64,000 nt of DNA from Malacoraja senta (lineage: Eukaryota). The stretch's first letter is position 1, and the number at the start of each line of letters is the position of its first letter. The translations under genes and the position numbers were made by a program. Below are positions 1-13,332 of this stretch, in pieces. Location of the stretch: positions 1-64,000 of the forward strand of contig JAXLNO010000597.1 of NCBI GenBank assembly GCA_038087875.1. The letters run 5' to 3'. The notes beneath the pieces are model-generated. The model was not told the DNA's origin. It saw nothing but the letters and a program-made list of their open reading frames with translations, and did no database searches.

Positions 1-148
1 AAAAGCTTTTGTCGCGTGCTAACCAGTCAGCGGAAAGACAATACATGATTACAATCGAGCCATCCACAAGGCTGGTTCCATACACCCACCACTCTTTGTG
101 TGAAAAAATGTGAAACTTAGTTAATAAATACAATGCTGGGAGTTTAAA

Positions 149-1299
149 GCCCCTATCCCACTTATTTCGGTGACTACAGGCGACTAGGCTGTCTCCACAT
201 GGTTGCGGGGGTGACCCCTGTATCGTCGTGTGTGGTCTCCTCAAGTCGCCTAAAGTGTCGTAACTTTTTCTGGTCGACACTGGATTTTGAATGTTCAAAA
301 CTTTTCGGCGACTGTGGCTTGACGTAGCTTGTCTTCTCCTGTCGTAGGTTGGCGCCAGGATGACGCAGGTTGTCGCCAGGTGACGTTGGTTGTCGCCGGG
401 TGCTGACCGGTGAATTCCATTGGCGACTACCTACGTCAACCTGCGCCAACCGGCGACAGGTACCAGCGACTGAATTAACTTCATTTGTCGCCGACAGGGT
501 CGTAGCTTGTCGCGGGTGGACGTAGGTTGACTTCCGTTGTCGTAGGTTGCCGCCTGTGTGGTCGTAGGTTGTCGTAGTGTGCGTAGGTGGACGTCCTAAT
601 GGTTGCCGGTAGTTTGCCATAACTTGAGGCCGACTAGGTAATAGGTTGTCGTAGCTTGTCAATAGACAATAGACAATAAGTGAAGGACTAGGCCATTCGG
701 CCCTTCGAGCCAGCACCGCCATTCAATGTGATCATCCCCAATCAGTACCCCGTTCCTGCCTTCACCCCATTACCCCTGACTCCGCTATTTTTAAGAGTCC
801 TATCTAGCTCTCTTTGAAAGTATCCAGAGAACCGGCCTCCACCGCCCTCAGAGACAGAGAATTCCACAGACTCACCACTCTCTGTGAAAAAAAGTGTTTC
901 CTCGTCTCCGTTCTAAATGGCTTACCCTTATTCTTAAACTGTGGCCCCTGGTTCTCGACTCCCCCAACATCGGGAACATGTTTCCTGCCTCTAGCGTGTC
1001 CAAACCCTTAATAATTTTACATGTTTCAATAACATCCCCTCTCATTCTTCTAAACCGTAGAGTGTACAAGCCCAGCCGCTCCATTCTCTCAGCATATGAC
1101 CGGCCCGCCATCCCGGGAATTAACCTTGTAAACCTACGCTGCACTCCCTCAATAGCAAGAATGTCCTTCCTCAAATTAGGAAGGATTAATGTCATAGACA
1201 TATCATGGGGGGAGGTCCAGTCACTGCTTTTCAGCGACCTGCTATGACTATGACAGTCGCCGGCAGTCGTCGAAAAAATCGCCTAAGTGGGTCAAGCCT
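149..1299. mobile_element. PIF/Harbinger-like MITE copy 1, interrupted by a CR1 insertion
   Basis: Degenerate TIRs gcccctatcccactta (149) and taagtgggtcaagcct (1299); internal gtaggttgtcg-type repeats shared with copies at 9509, 48156 and 53952. Confidence 0.75.
661..1180 (-). mobile_element. 5'-truncated CR1 LINE 3' end (ORF2 C-terminus, 3'UTR, repeat tail)
   Basis: ORF 872..1201 reads LRKDILAIEGVQRRFTRLIPGM...RTRGHSLRI, a CR1 ORF2 C-terminal motif; (CTATTGT)n tail; near-identical to 54271 and 57272 copies. Confidence 0.9.
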
Positions 1300-2684
1300 G
1301 ACAGTGCCAATTTCTCTATACCTTATAAGCAAAATAGAAACAGGATAAAACCCTCATTACAGAAACCAGGGCATTTTCCTTCAAGAAAATGAAATAATGT
1401 TTTTATGACAAGAGCTAATCAGCAATGCCAGTTAAATGCCAAAGTAGAAAATCTAACCTAATATTCTTTTCCTGAACTAAATCACTGAAATGCAAATCTC
1501 TCTAATGCCTTATTTTAAATGTCAAAGTGGATTTGACAAATTTGTCCTATTAAATTATAATAAAAGATTATTATCAAGAAAAATTTTAAATAAACTTGTT
1601 TTTCATATCATGCTCTTCCCGAAACCCTTGATCCGTTGTTGCATTTATATAATTTATAAGCTGTGAAGTAAAATATCAATGAATCTGATGCTTTTTAATT
1701 TGGACAGGATGATAATCTGTAGTCTCACTTCTCCATTTTGATTCTGTCACTACATGCCTGAAGCTTGGTGATGGTATAATTTAGTACTTTAATAAGGAGA
1801 GAATGGGCCGATGAAGCTAATTTTTGATCAATTTGCTGCATTCCATTCCAGTATGATGGTCGCATTGTGATTTGCCTAATTTTAAAACATTCACTCCTTT
1901 TAGTTTTTAAACTTTAGCACTGATAACAATCGATAGTAAATTGAATGAGATTAACTATGATTATTTCATAAAACTGGATCAGCACATGAACATGGTTACA
2001 AATACAGCAAGACCAATGCAAACCACTGAACATGCAAAACTGTACTAACTTAAAGTCGTGCGCATTTTATAATGGTCCATTTCCGTCGTTAAGTGACATG
2101 ATTATTTGGACAGGATGATTTTTTATTGGGAGATGGAGGAGAAGCTGTGAGCTCTCTCGATTATGTGGCTTTTGCCCGAAGCTAATATGAAGTTATGTGA
2201 TAATGTTTTTCCTCAGAACCTAAAGAAAATGAGCATTGCTGTTATCTCTGTGAAATTTGCCTAATCACAGTCATTAAAAAGCTGTAGCAAATGTAATGGA
2301 TGGGCGTAACCCTGGAGCATAGTAATAGAAATAAAGATACAGAAATGTCAAACTCATAACAGTTCAATAAAATTTGGGAAAGAGTTATTACCAAATCATT
2401 TAAAACATGACAGAAAAGCAGTAAAAAGAGCAAAAGTGAAATTAAATTATTACAGTGTCCACTGTTACATCTTTCCCCAGCATAACTTCTACTGGATTGC
2501 CCAAGTAATTTTATAAATTTGTTTTAACGGTTCAAATGGAAGTCCAGTTGCATTGAGTTATACAGCAGTGGAAGAGGCCCTTTGGCCTCACTTGAGCATG
2601 ACAAAAAAAGGAACCTTCCTGAGCTAGTCCCATTTATCTGCAATTGGTCCATATCCCATGAAACCTATCCATGTACTTGTCCAA

Positions 2685-3344
2685 GTACATTCCCCCTCCC
2701 GGGCACTTTCCCTTGCAGCCGCAAGAAATGCTACACTTGTCGCTTTACCTCCCCCCTTTACTCCACTCAAGGACCCAAGCAGTCATTCCAGGTGCGACAG
2801 AGGTTCACCTGCACCTCCTCCAACCTCATCTATTGCATCCGCTGCTCTAGATGTCGGCTGATCTACATCGGTGAGACCAAGCGGAGGCTTGGCGATCGTT
2901 TCGCCGAACACTTCCGCTCGGTCCGCAATAACCTACCTGATCTCCCGGTGGCTCAGCACTTCAACTCCCCCTCCCATTCCAAATCCGACCTTTCTGTCCT
3001 GGGCCTCCTCCATGGCCAGAGTGAGGACCACCGTAAATTGGAGGAGCAGCACCTCATATTTCGCTTGGGCAGTTTATACCCCAGCGGTATGAACATTGAC
3101 TTCTCCAATTTCCGGTAGCCCGATTGTCTCCTCCCCTTCTCAGCTCTCCATCAGCCCACTGGCTCCTCCTCTTCCTTTCTTCATCCCGCTCCCCCCCCCC
3201 CCCCACCCTACATCAGTCTGAAGAAGGGTTTTGGCCCGATACATTGCCTATTTCCCTCGCTCCATAAATGCTGCTGCACCCGCTGAGTTTCTCCAGCACT
3301 TTTGTCTACCTTTGATTTTCCAGCATCTGCAGTTCCTTCTTAAA
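2685..3344 (+). mobile_element. Penelope-like retroelement 3' fragment (GIY-YIG endonuclease plus 3' end)
   Basis: ORF 2582..3118 has CxxxxCxxC, RFTCTSSNLIYCIRC...IYIGETKRRLGDRFAEH...GMN; flanked by 15-bp duplication catgtacttgtccaa (2670-2684 / 3345-3359). Confidence 0.9.
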
Positions 3345-4050
3345 CATGTACTTGTCCAAATGCTTTGTATAAACATTGCAATTGTGCATGTCTTTACCAC
3401 TTTCACTGGCATATCATTCCATTAACCTAACTCTGTGTGATGAACTTGCTCCTCAACTCCGCATTTACAGATTTCCTGCTCACCTTAAACCTATGCCACT
3501 CGGCTGGGAAAAAGGCTGAGCATCCAACTATTCCAGGTGCGGTCTTATCAATATCTTGTATAGCTGTAATGTAACATCCTAACTTTTGTATTTCATGCCC
3601 TGTCTGATGAAGGAAAGCATGCAATACACCTTGTCCACCTATGTCACCATTGTCAGGGGACCATGTACTTGTACCCCTAGGGCTCCCTGTTCTACACACT
3701 TCGGGCCCTGTCATTCATTGTGCATGTCCTCCCATGGCTTAACTTCCCAAAATGTATCATTGAACACTTGTCTGAGTTAAATTGCATCTGCTGTTCTTTC
3801 GCCCACTTTCCCAGTTGATCTGGGTTCCAGTTGCAACCTTCTTCACTGTCCACCACATTCTCATCCAAATTGTTAACATACACAACAATCAACAGGGGAC
3901 CCGGCTCTGATCCCTGCGGCACACCAGTGGTCACATACTTCCAATTTGAAAAATGATACAACTACTTATAGACTCCTTCACCAAGCCAATTGGCTACCAT
4001 ATCCTGGATCCCATGTGATTTAACCTTTACCAACATACCATGTCAAAACC
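3345..4050 (-). mobile_element. Old CR1 LINE RT fragment (host of the PLE insertion; continues at about 2550-2684)
   Basis: ORF 3692..3961 contains VTTGVPQGSEPGPLL and WAKEQQMQFNSDKCSMIHFG. Confidence 0.8.
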
Positions 4051-4109
4051 TTGTCTCACCTTGTCAAAATTATTTTCTTTCACTGTTTTAATTCGTTCGA
4101 ATTATTAAT

Positions 4110-5270
4110 TCATAGGATGTGGACATTGCTGGCAGGACCAACAATTATTGTCCATCTTCATTGACCTTAAGAAAAGAGTCATCTTCCTGAACTCTGGCAG
4201 CTTTTGAAATGAAAATGCTCTCACATGGCTGATTGAAAGGGAATTTCAAGAATTTAGCATGATGATATTGAAAGATTGATGATACTGTATATTTCCACAT
4301 TAGGGCTGTGTATGACTTGGAGAGGATCAAGGAGATCCTGTGTGTCTGTCACCTTTGTCTTTCCAAGTGGTGAAAGACACAAGTAAGGAAAGTGTTGTTG
4401 ACGGTGGCTTGCTTCAGTGGAGGGACTCACCAGAGCCACTGTGTGACATTTATCAGAGTAGCAAATGTTTAATAAAGTAAATTGGGTGCCAGTCCTGTTG
4501 GCTTTACCTCCTTCCCTCCACCCACCCCCTCCTCTCCACCCCTCCCCCCCTTCATCCCCCCTCATCCCCCCTCATCCCCCCGGGCAATACACAGCTCTTT
4601 GAGTGATACTAAAGTTGAACTTATTCAGGCTAATTATTAAAGTTGAACTTACTGAGTGGAGATTATGCCATCAGATTTCTGACATGTGCCTTCTCAATAA
4701 TGGAAATACTTCAGGAATTGGGAGAAGAGCCATTCTTCCCAGACTCTCCAGTACCTGATCTAGTCCAGTCATCACGTATGCAACCTTGTGCAACCTTATG
4801 GAACCTTAGTTAGTTTAGTTTAGTTTAATATCACGGGTACTGAGGTACAGTGAAAAGCTTTTGTTGCGATAAATCGTGGACGCTCTGGCAAGGTGAGGAC
4901 ATTGACAGTCAAGGATATCTAGCTGGACAATCCCGTGCCAGAACTCACCACTGCCTGAGAATGATATCATTCAAATTGCTACATGCCAATTACAAACCTA
5001 GATTTTTCAGCATTTTTGGCACAAGGGTACAAATGAACAACCAAGAACGGTTGGTACACAGTGCAGAGGAATGGCCTTCAGCACCACAAATTATGTTTCT
5101 TTCTGGTCACTGGGGACTTCTCCCTGCCCCTCCCCTCTCTCCCTCAAATTCCTGGTGATTTCAATGTTACTTGTGACTGCTGATTACGACTCTGCTCTCC
5201 CTCGCAGGTGTCTTCTTTCAGTGCCCAGTTATGTTGAATTCCTTTCTGGTGCTCGATGCATGGAGCTTGT
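4110..5270 (-). mobile_element. Highly decayed LINE remnant
   Basis: Resembles an old elasmobranch LINE 3' region by eye; no readable ORF; boundaries loose. Confidence 0.35.
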
Positions 5271-6369
5271 TTAACTCTCCTTATCCTGGCATACCCTGTG
5301 CTTTGCTTGTAAGGACTGGAACCATCTGTAAACTTAAGATACCTTGGCTAGAATGAAGCCCTCAGGATTCCTCTTGCCTCATGAAACTGAAAAGCCATTG
5401 TCTCCTTTTATTCTTGTAAAGATCAGTAACTTTAAAGTTTGTGCTATTTTTCAGTTTGCTATTTCCAAGCACCTTGAAATTGGAGCAGTATCCATTAGTA
5501 TTTTATTATTTCCAGTCATGGCTGCTCCTTCTAGTGACACTGTCTCTAATTGAAATTTAGATCAACAGTCTACTCACTGGTGCGAAAATCAATTTCCCAA
5601 AAGTTGTTGATTTCCGATTACCCCAAGCACCTCTTTCAGTTCATCTTTGCACCTCATACAATTTACCTCCACTATGATTGTTGCTGATCAGACTCTGGCT
5701 GCAATTCTGTTCCAAACTGCAATTTGTTTTCCCGCACATCTTAAAATGTACTCAAAAACTTGTTGCCATATTTTACATTTTTCTATTGACTCCTATTGAT
5801 TTTTTGACTCCATCTAAATGCTGATCGGTAAGTGATGCCCATAGGATTACTTTGTGGTGCATTGTGGTTCCCACAGGCGAGAACAAAAAAATTGGCAAAG
5901 TACAGCAGAGAAGATTGGAATTCGACAGGTTTAGAAAATGTGTGAAATTAATAAATTTGTGCCTCGGTGGTTTCCACCTTTTGGATTCCCATTTGTACTC
6001 AAATCAATAAAGCTCTATATAACATCTGTCAAGTGAGGATATACCATCAAATCTCTCTTCAGATAAGTTAACTTAAACAAGAATTTACTACTGAACTTGC
6101 TCAGCTAATACACAAACACAAGTGTGGCCATGTCAATAGCAACACTAGTATCCATTTAAAAAATCATTTTGGAAGATTTTCTATTTTTACACAAGTTACA
6201 CTATCCAGCTTTCCATTATATATAACCATAATGTGTAAATGGGATATCACCATGCACATATCTTAGAAACTGTAGGCCCTATAATTTTTATCAAGGGATG
6301 ATAAATACCAATTTACACAGGATACGTTAAATTGGGAGATGGATCAGGCAGAAAACAAAGTTCTTCTGT

Positions 6370-6487
6370 GTAGGAAGGAACTGCAGATGCTGGTTTACAC
6401 CAGAAATGCTGGAGAAACTCAGCGGGACCGGCAGCATCTCTGGATAGAGAGAATGGGTGACGTTTCGGCTCGAGACCCTTCTTCAGC
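6370..6487 (-). mobile_element. Short PLE-end derivative with hammerhead-like core
   Basis: Reverse strand reads ctgaagaagggtctcgagccgaaacgtc...catctgcagttccttcc; degenerate 15-bp TSD acaaagttcttctgt / acaaagttttactgt. Confidence 0.8.
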
Positions 6488-6712
6488 ACAAAGTTTTACT
6501 GTTAGTTTAAGAAACCAGAAATATTCTGCTAGTGATTAGTTAAGCACAAAATAAATAGGGTTGGCACAGGAATGAACCAGAGAATTTAAAATTGTAAGAA
6601 ACATTTGGTACACCACAGTGCACATTTCACAGATAATAATGCAACTTATGCCCAGCTTTAAATAGGAATGGATCTTCTAATTAGTCAGTAATATGCGAAT
6701 AAAACCAACAAA

Positions 6713-7304
6713 AGGGCCTGTCCCACTGCGGCGACCTGATCCGTGAATTCTACCGAGTTTGCCCTCGATTCATACTCGCAGCATGGCCGACACGAGGACG
6801 TAGGAGGTCTTTGTAACTCTCCTTCATGCTCGAAAGTGGTCCCCGTGTACTCGAGGCCTCAGCTAGGTCATGGCGTCTTTTTCAACATGTTGAAAAATGC
6901 CCGCGAGTAAAAAAAGGTCGCCATGGAAAAAATCGACACTTTCTTTACTCGTAGGTTTAGTTGTAGTAGGTCGTAGTAGGTTGTAGTAGGTCGGCATGTT
7001 AGTCATAGATAATCGAGGGTAGTCGAAGGTAGTTGAAGGTAGTCGTAGATAGTCTTCATCATAGTCGAAGGGAGGTCGAAGGAGATCAAAGGAGGTCGTC
7101 TTCACTCTCCAGTATTCGGTGTCCAATTTACCCGAAGTTAGTCGTAGCTAGTCGTAGCTAGTCGAAGCTAGTCTTCAACATAGTCGAAGGAGGTTGAAGG
7201 AGGTCTTCTACATAGTCGAAGGAGGTCTTCAACATTACATTTTTTCAAACTCTCCTAAACTCTTCTAAACTCGCCAATTAGGTCGCCCAAGTGGGACAGC
7301 CCCT
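6713..7304. mobile_element. PIF/Harbinger-like MITE copy 2
   Basis: TIRs agggcctgtcccact / agtgggacagcccct; flanks aaa/taa; internal tagtcgaagg repeats and palindrome tttttcaacatgttgaaaaa. Confidence 0.8.
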
Positions 7305-8359
7305 TAAATCCCTATTAAATGTTTGTGTTTCTCTTAAACTTTAGGATTAATTACAGAATCAAATGTCCACATTGTCAGTTTGCCAGGAACGTACTGTTGA
7401 ATGCCATTGTCTCTCTGGGTAATCTGGTTTTATTCCTGGCAAAATCAATACCTTGGTGGTATTCATTTTAAAACTAATACATTTAATTGTCGTATTGTCA
7501 GGACTTTTATTGATCAATTACAGCTCTTTAAACATAAATCTAAATTTATTTCTGATATATTCATCCTCATTTATTCCCTATTATTGAATAGACATCAATT
7601 CATTCATACAATTTATCAATGCACGGCATGTAATATCTTTACTTTTGCTATGTATAAATGCAGGAAACAATTAATTTAGTTCAGGAATAATTAACTTGTT
7701 CATTCCACAGAGGGTAAAATAGACATTGGTCAAATAAATGTTTTCAAGATAAAAAGTTCCAATTATATGTAGATGTATTGGTCTACATTCAAAATGATGC
7801 ATTGGAAACAATCTTAAGGCAAACAATCAGATTTCCCAAACTGTCAGCTGACGTGGAACATTTTGGTCTCGAACTATATTTTTCCTGAATTTACTGCAGT
7901 TAGTGAAAAAATAATATTGCCAATGATGGCAATGCAAAATAAAACTGGAAAACAGGGAGACTATTCAGTCGGGGCTGCATCTGTGCATTCTGAGATACAA
8001 CCTTGTAGCTTTATGACCATCCCCAGAATTGGGAGTAAGTGGAAATCAGTTTTAAATCACAGAGTAAGATGAAGAGGGAAGGAGAACAAACGAAAAGGTC
8101 TGGAATTGGCAGAGACAGATAAAAGTTCAAATGATACATTTACTGGTGGGCTCTTTCAATTGGTCCAACCGAACGTGTTCTTTGACAGATAACTGCCAGA
8201 CTTGCTTCTATTCTTTTGCCTTTACCCATTTAATCTCCATGAAACTTAAATGACAGAGTGCAAATGGTAGGATACGAAACAACATCTTTCTTTCAGCAGA
8301 AGATTTGTGGCATGACTGGCATGAGAAAGGTAACCAGGATGCTCCTTGAGCACGACTAA

Positions 8360-8600
8360 AGGGCCTGTCCCACCTGCGTGTAATTTGCGTGTAATTTACG
8401 CGACATAATTCACGTGCGTCATGACGCACGTGTCATGACACGCACGTGATGCGCGCATGGTGCGCATTATGCGCGCAAGGTGCATGGTGACATAGGCAGT
8501 GACGCGCAGTCGCGCGCGGCGTCACAGGATTTTGTGATGTACAGAATCTTCACACGCCATCTGCGTGATGCGCAAATGATGGCCAAGTGGGACAGGCCCT
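8360..8600. mobile_element. PIF/Harbinger-like MITE copy 3 (CG-rich)
   Basis: TIRs agggcctgtcccac / gtgggacaggccct; perfect TAA duplication. Confidence 0.85.
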
Positions 8601-9508
8601 TAATATTCAGCATCCTGTACTAAACGGTGTCAATTAAAACACTCATTCAAACAAGTCACTTACAGAAAATGAAATTAAGTGAAATTACAGATTGGATGGA
8701 AAGAATAATAATAATTGGATTGAAAGAGAGAAGAATAAGGTTTCATATATTTAAAGAAAACCTGCACATCTTAAAATCTGAAGGAATAAGATTTGTAAAG
8801 CTTCATTTTCATTGCCAACTTGTTTGGTTGTAATTAAGGCTGGTCAAGTTGATGAAGAGAGTGCTGAGACTGAAGTGTACCGGACTGCAGGTTTGTTCCA
8901 TATCTGGGATTCAGCTCAAGAACTGCAGAGCAGGATACTTTAGTGCAACATACAAAGGTACTGAACAGCAATTTCACATTTTCACAGCCATGTCTTTCCA
9001 AAGTTACTGTATTTTTTGCACATAAATAACTGTGACCACAATTAGTAGTTCCATTGTGTTTTCTGCTTTGGATAATAATGTGGACCAACAGGCTTCCACA
9101 TATCCATGCCCTGTAGAGGGCACTAATTTTCCATCAGACTAAAAATCTACCTGCCATCTTCTTTATCTGTTAAGGAATCTAATTTTCAGAAAATACCCAT
9201 TTCTGTAGGCTGGCATAAATACATCATTTATGCTAATAATTTAGCACCAGAACTGGTTTCTCCATATGAAATTACTTGTTGGACGACATATCTGTTTTAG
9301 TTTATTAATCTGTTATGTTTTCTGCATTTAGAGTACTTGTCTCACAAACAGCATATACCATTCAATAGTAGTTACTTTCGCAGTACTGATGCAATTGTTG
9401 CAGAATAACCAATTTGTTCAGTGTGTCTATTGCAGCAGACCAACTGAATGTAGCAATGGGATGGAAGGGGGAGAGTGAAGTTTCCATGTTCTCATGGGAA
9501 GTTTATTA

Positions 9509-9976
9509 AGGGCCTGTCCCACTTAGGCTAATTTTAGGCGACTGATGGCGACTGTCATAGTCATTTGCAGGTTGACGAAAAAAACGGCTACTGGACCTCC
9601 CCTATGACATAAAATTTGAAATCGAGTCATTACTTTAACAATTAAAAAAAACCGAAGTCAGCACCGGCGACAACCTACGTCACCTGGCGACAACCTACGT
9701 CACCTGGCGACAACCTACGTTAACCTGGTGACAACTAAGACAGCACCTACGTCAGGAGAAGTCAAGCTACACTCATTGGAGTCAAACCCACTGTCGCCGA
9801 CTGTCTCCGAAAATTTATCAACACGTTGAAAATCCAGCGGTGACCGGAAAGACGCTACGACTCTTTGGGCGACTGAGGACAGTACTCATGACCATACAGG
9901 CGATAACCCGGCAACCATGTTGCGACAGCCTAGTCACCTCTAATCGCCTAAAAATAGCCTAAGTGGGACAGGCCCA
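9509..9976. mobile_element. PIF/Harbinger-like MITE copy 4
   Basis: TIRs agggcctgtcccacttaggcta / tagcctaagtgggacaggccca; internal 20-bp tandem unit gtcacctggcgacaacctac. Confidence 0.85.
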
Positions 9977-10717
9977 AGACAGTGTTTGTAGAACTCCCTG
10001 GTTACAGTTATCTAAACATTTGCCGCATAAGTTTTTGATTCATCCCTTTCTGTGATTGTTCACATTTATAAAATAATGTCCTTTAGAATTTCTGGAAATT
10101 TGCCAGTGGTCAACCGTGATCTGTAAGTTTCTTCTCAGGCCTCTGTATGTTACAGACACACAAATGGATATATTGCACGACTTCTTGCAGTCTCTTGTTG
10201 TTAGTTTTCTTTGTCACTGAAGGAAATCCAATCAGCAGCAGAGACATTGTCCTTTTTATTTCGAAAGGTCATACTTTTGTTTGTTTTTTTAATCGTGTAC
10301 CAATTCTCTTTTGTGGACTCATGTGGACATCTAATTGTACCACTCTGTCCCTTTTGCTTCTCTTCCAGCAGGGCATTTGCAATTGCTTTCTCCATTTGGG
10401 TCCCCTGTCATTCAGAGACTGGTTCCTTTATCCCAAGTATTGGAGATTTATCTGCACATAACACTCAGTAATACTGTTCTGTCTTAAACGTTTCTTGATC
10501 ATTTTAATAACAATGATGCAATGTTTGGTGTGTGAGAACATGCTAAAAAAGGTTTTCATTGTGCTGATCAAGATTTCAAACCTTGCTCATCTGAACCCAA
10601 TGTACAGGTGCTTCCCAGGTTACTCCAGGGTTCCGTTGCTGCCAACTATTCATAAATTGAAAAGTTTCACAAGTCGGAAATGAACACGTCAGGAATTTAT
10701 AAGCTGGAAAGGACTTC

Positions 10718-11143
10718 AGTTCAGTTTAGTTTATTGTCATGTGTACCGTGGTACAGCAAAAAGCTTTTTGTTGCGTGCTAACCAGTCAGCAGAAAGACAA
10801 TACATGATTACAGTCAATCCTTTTACAGTGTATAGATACATGACAAGGGAATAACATTTAGTGCAAGGTAAAGCCAGCAAAGTCCGGTCAAGGATAGTCT
10901 GAGGGACATCACAGTGGTAGATAGTAGTTCAGCACAGCTCTCTGGTTGTGGTAGGATGATTCAGTTGCCTGATAACAGATGTTCTAGTCTGTTCTGGGAA
11001 TTTGGCTTGGGTGGTCCCCCAGTTTCTTCCAGGCTAACAGCTGGGAAGAAACTGTCCCTGAATCTGGAGGTGTGTATTTTCACACTTCTATACCTTTTGC
11101 TTGATGGGAGAGGGGAGAAGAGGGAGTGGCCAGGGTGCGACTC
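10718..11143 (-). mobile_element. Rex1/Babar-like LINE 3' end
   Basis: Reverse strand encodes RYRSVKIHTSRFRDSFFPAV-type C-terminus, then 3'UTR ending gacaataaactaaactgaac; family recurs at 1-70, 18170, 41340, 49828. Confidence 0.65.
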
Positions 11144-13332
11144 ATAATGACGTACACAAGTATTATGAAAGCTTGATTGAGTTGGTGGAGGTACCAGTTA
11201 ATATCCTGCCTGATTGAAAGCTACTAGGATATCCTATTTAGGCATCTGATTTGATCAATTTTCATCTGCATGCTTTACACATTGCTTGTTTTAATCCAAT
11301 GCATGTTTACCTGCAGAGATATGTCCATTGGATTGTTAAACATGCATCAATGACTGTATTGATCCTGAATTTGTCACTTCCAAATTCCTTTGTGCCCAAA
11401 CACGTCAAGATCCAGGGACTTATGCATTGGAAGGAGTTGTGTTACTGCAACTGGACACTGCTGATGGCTGTCTGAGGCTTGAAGTGACCATCTACAGAGG
11501 TGGTATGGGACATATCCAGTGAGAAGGTTGTGGTATGAGGTTAGGGTAACTAGTGCGTGGATGAGAAGAGAAAGGGTGGGGGTTTGCAGACAATTGAGTT
11601 GGTAGTTGGGCATGAAGGGGGGAAACCTGAAATTTAGCTGCTGAGTGAATAATTTAAATGGGGGACCACCCAAGCCAAATTCCCAGGAACAGACTGGAAC
11701 ACCTGCAGCGGGCATTCCTTTAAATTGCATTAGAGCAGAATGAGTAATGCTATTTGGCTGAGGCACCCAAAGTCTGGGTCACTTTGGAAAACATTAAGTT
11801 CATAGAATGCACCATTCAAAGCAGCAATGAGCAGAATCACATTTCACTTTTGGATACATCAAATTTTCGCATGATTAGCATCCGCAAATGAAGTGCAGCC
11901 TAACTGAATTATTTAGCAGTTATGTCTTTCATTCTCCTGTACCGACAAGCACCATCGGGGTCCAGACATGAAGCATTGTCTGTCCTTTTCACTCCTCCTG
12001 GCGGCTGAGTTTTGCCAGGGCCAACGTTTGCCGTTGTATAATGAGAAGCCAGCAATTAAAACATCGTGAATTCATTCTAAAGTTCAATGATGACAACCAT
12101 TCAAACCTGGGGCACCAACCAATCATTTAACCGCCCTGCCCACAATGGTAAGCGTTAGAAATAATTATAATCACATTACTTATTTGTTAAATGCATAAAA
12201 TTTGTGTAACAAATTGCAAATCATACACAACAAAATGAGCCCCAACTGCTAAGACAGCTCGGAGCATCGTTTCATTAATTTGGGCTGATTTCCTTCTAAC
12301 ATCCACTGGAAAGAGTATCTATTGATATAAACAGCCAATTAAGATCTGCAAATCTATGATTAAATTCAGGAATAGGCTGCCAATGCAGATATTGATTTAA
12401 TACAACTAACCTCTGCAAGTTGATTAAATAAAGCGTTCAGTTATCTTTGAGTTTATATAAAATGCTTACAATCTGTCCCATTTACTTCTGCTTTGATGGA
12501 AATTGATTGTCGTCTTGTCCAAAGCAGTTAACTGCAATTTTCTGTACAAATTATAAACTCCTACTTATGGGCAATATTCTTAGCAGTACCTAAAGTAACA
12601 GAATGTTTTGAGCAAAGCAACAAAACACAACTTCAAAGTGAAGAACAAATGCTTTATTTTAAATCTATTGCCGACACCTGCTTTTGGGAGCTGGACAAAG
12701 GATCATTTGGTGTGCAGCAGAGGTCAATGCAGTGTTATGCACATTCACATGATATCCATACAAAGAAGTGTATTGACTCCTAGACTCTGACCAATTCTAC
12801 TGTACCACCCATGCCTTGGCTGAGATTGAACAGAGTTAGTAGAAACCAGAGTACAATACTAGCCCTCCAGGTTTGTGCTAAAGGCAGAACTATAATCAGT
12901 CCATGCATCAACATTTTCTGCTTGTACATAAATATTGTGTCACCAAAGCAACTTTCTTTATTCTTACTGGGAGTTGTATTATTCATGCTTCAATATATTT
13001 GCAAAAAATTGAATAGGGACATTCATTTTTTTGTATCGAAAGGTATTACAGTAAGCAGTATTCTACACATCACTGTCCTCTTTATTGGATTATAAATCAT
13101 AAAATCATAAAATCTATTTGTGCAGGAACTAATACAATCAATTTTCCGATATGCTGGCATTCCTGCTCATTATTCCACGAGGCAGCTAACTTAATATCCA
13201 CATAGATACCCATGCTTTTTGCCTGCCAAAAGATTTCTCAATGAAGTTCTTTCTGAATCACCACCAAATGATTTCTACACAGGCTATCGTAAATAAAACT
13301 CAGCAGCATAGTCTGTAACATTTGCAGGATCA

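Noticed and set aside
174..722. 182-aa ORF as a gene
   Set aside because: Runs through a repetitive GC-rich MITE interior into a CR1 3'UTR; no recognisable domain
9665..9740. CRISPR-like array of repeats
   Set aside because: 20-bp units are head-to-tail with no unique spacers, lie inside a MITE, and there are no cas genes in this eukaryotic DNA
10201..10395. Reverse-strand ORF MEKAIANALLEEKQK as a host exon
   Set aside because: In-frame stop just upstream, no convincing splice sites, no recognised homology
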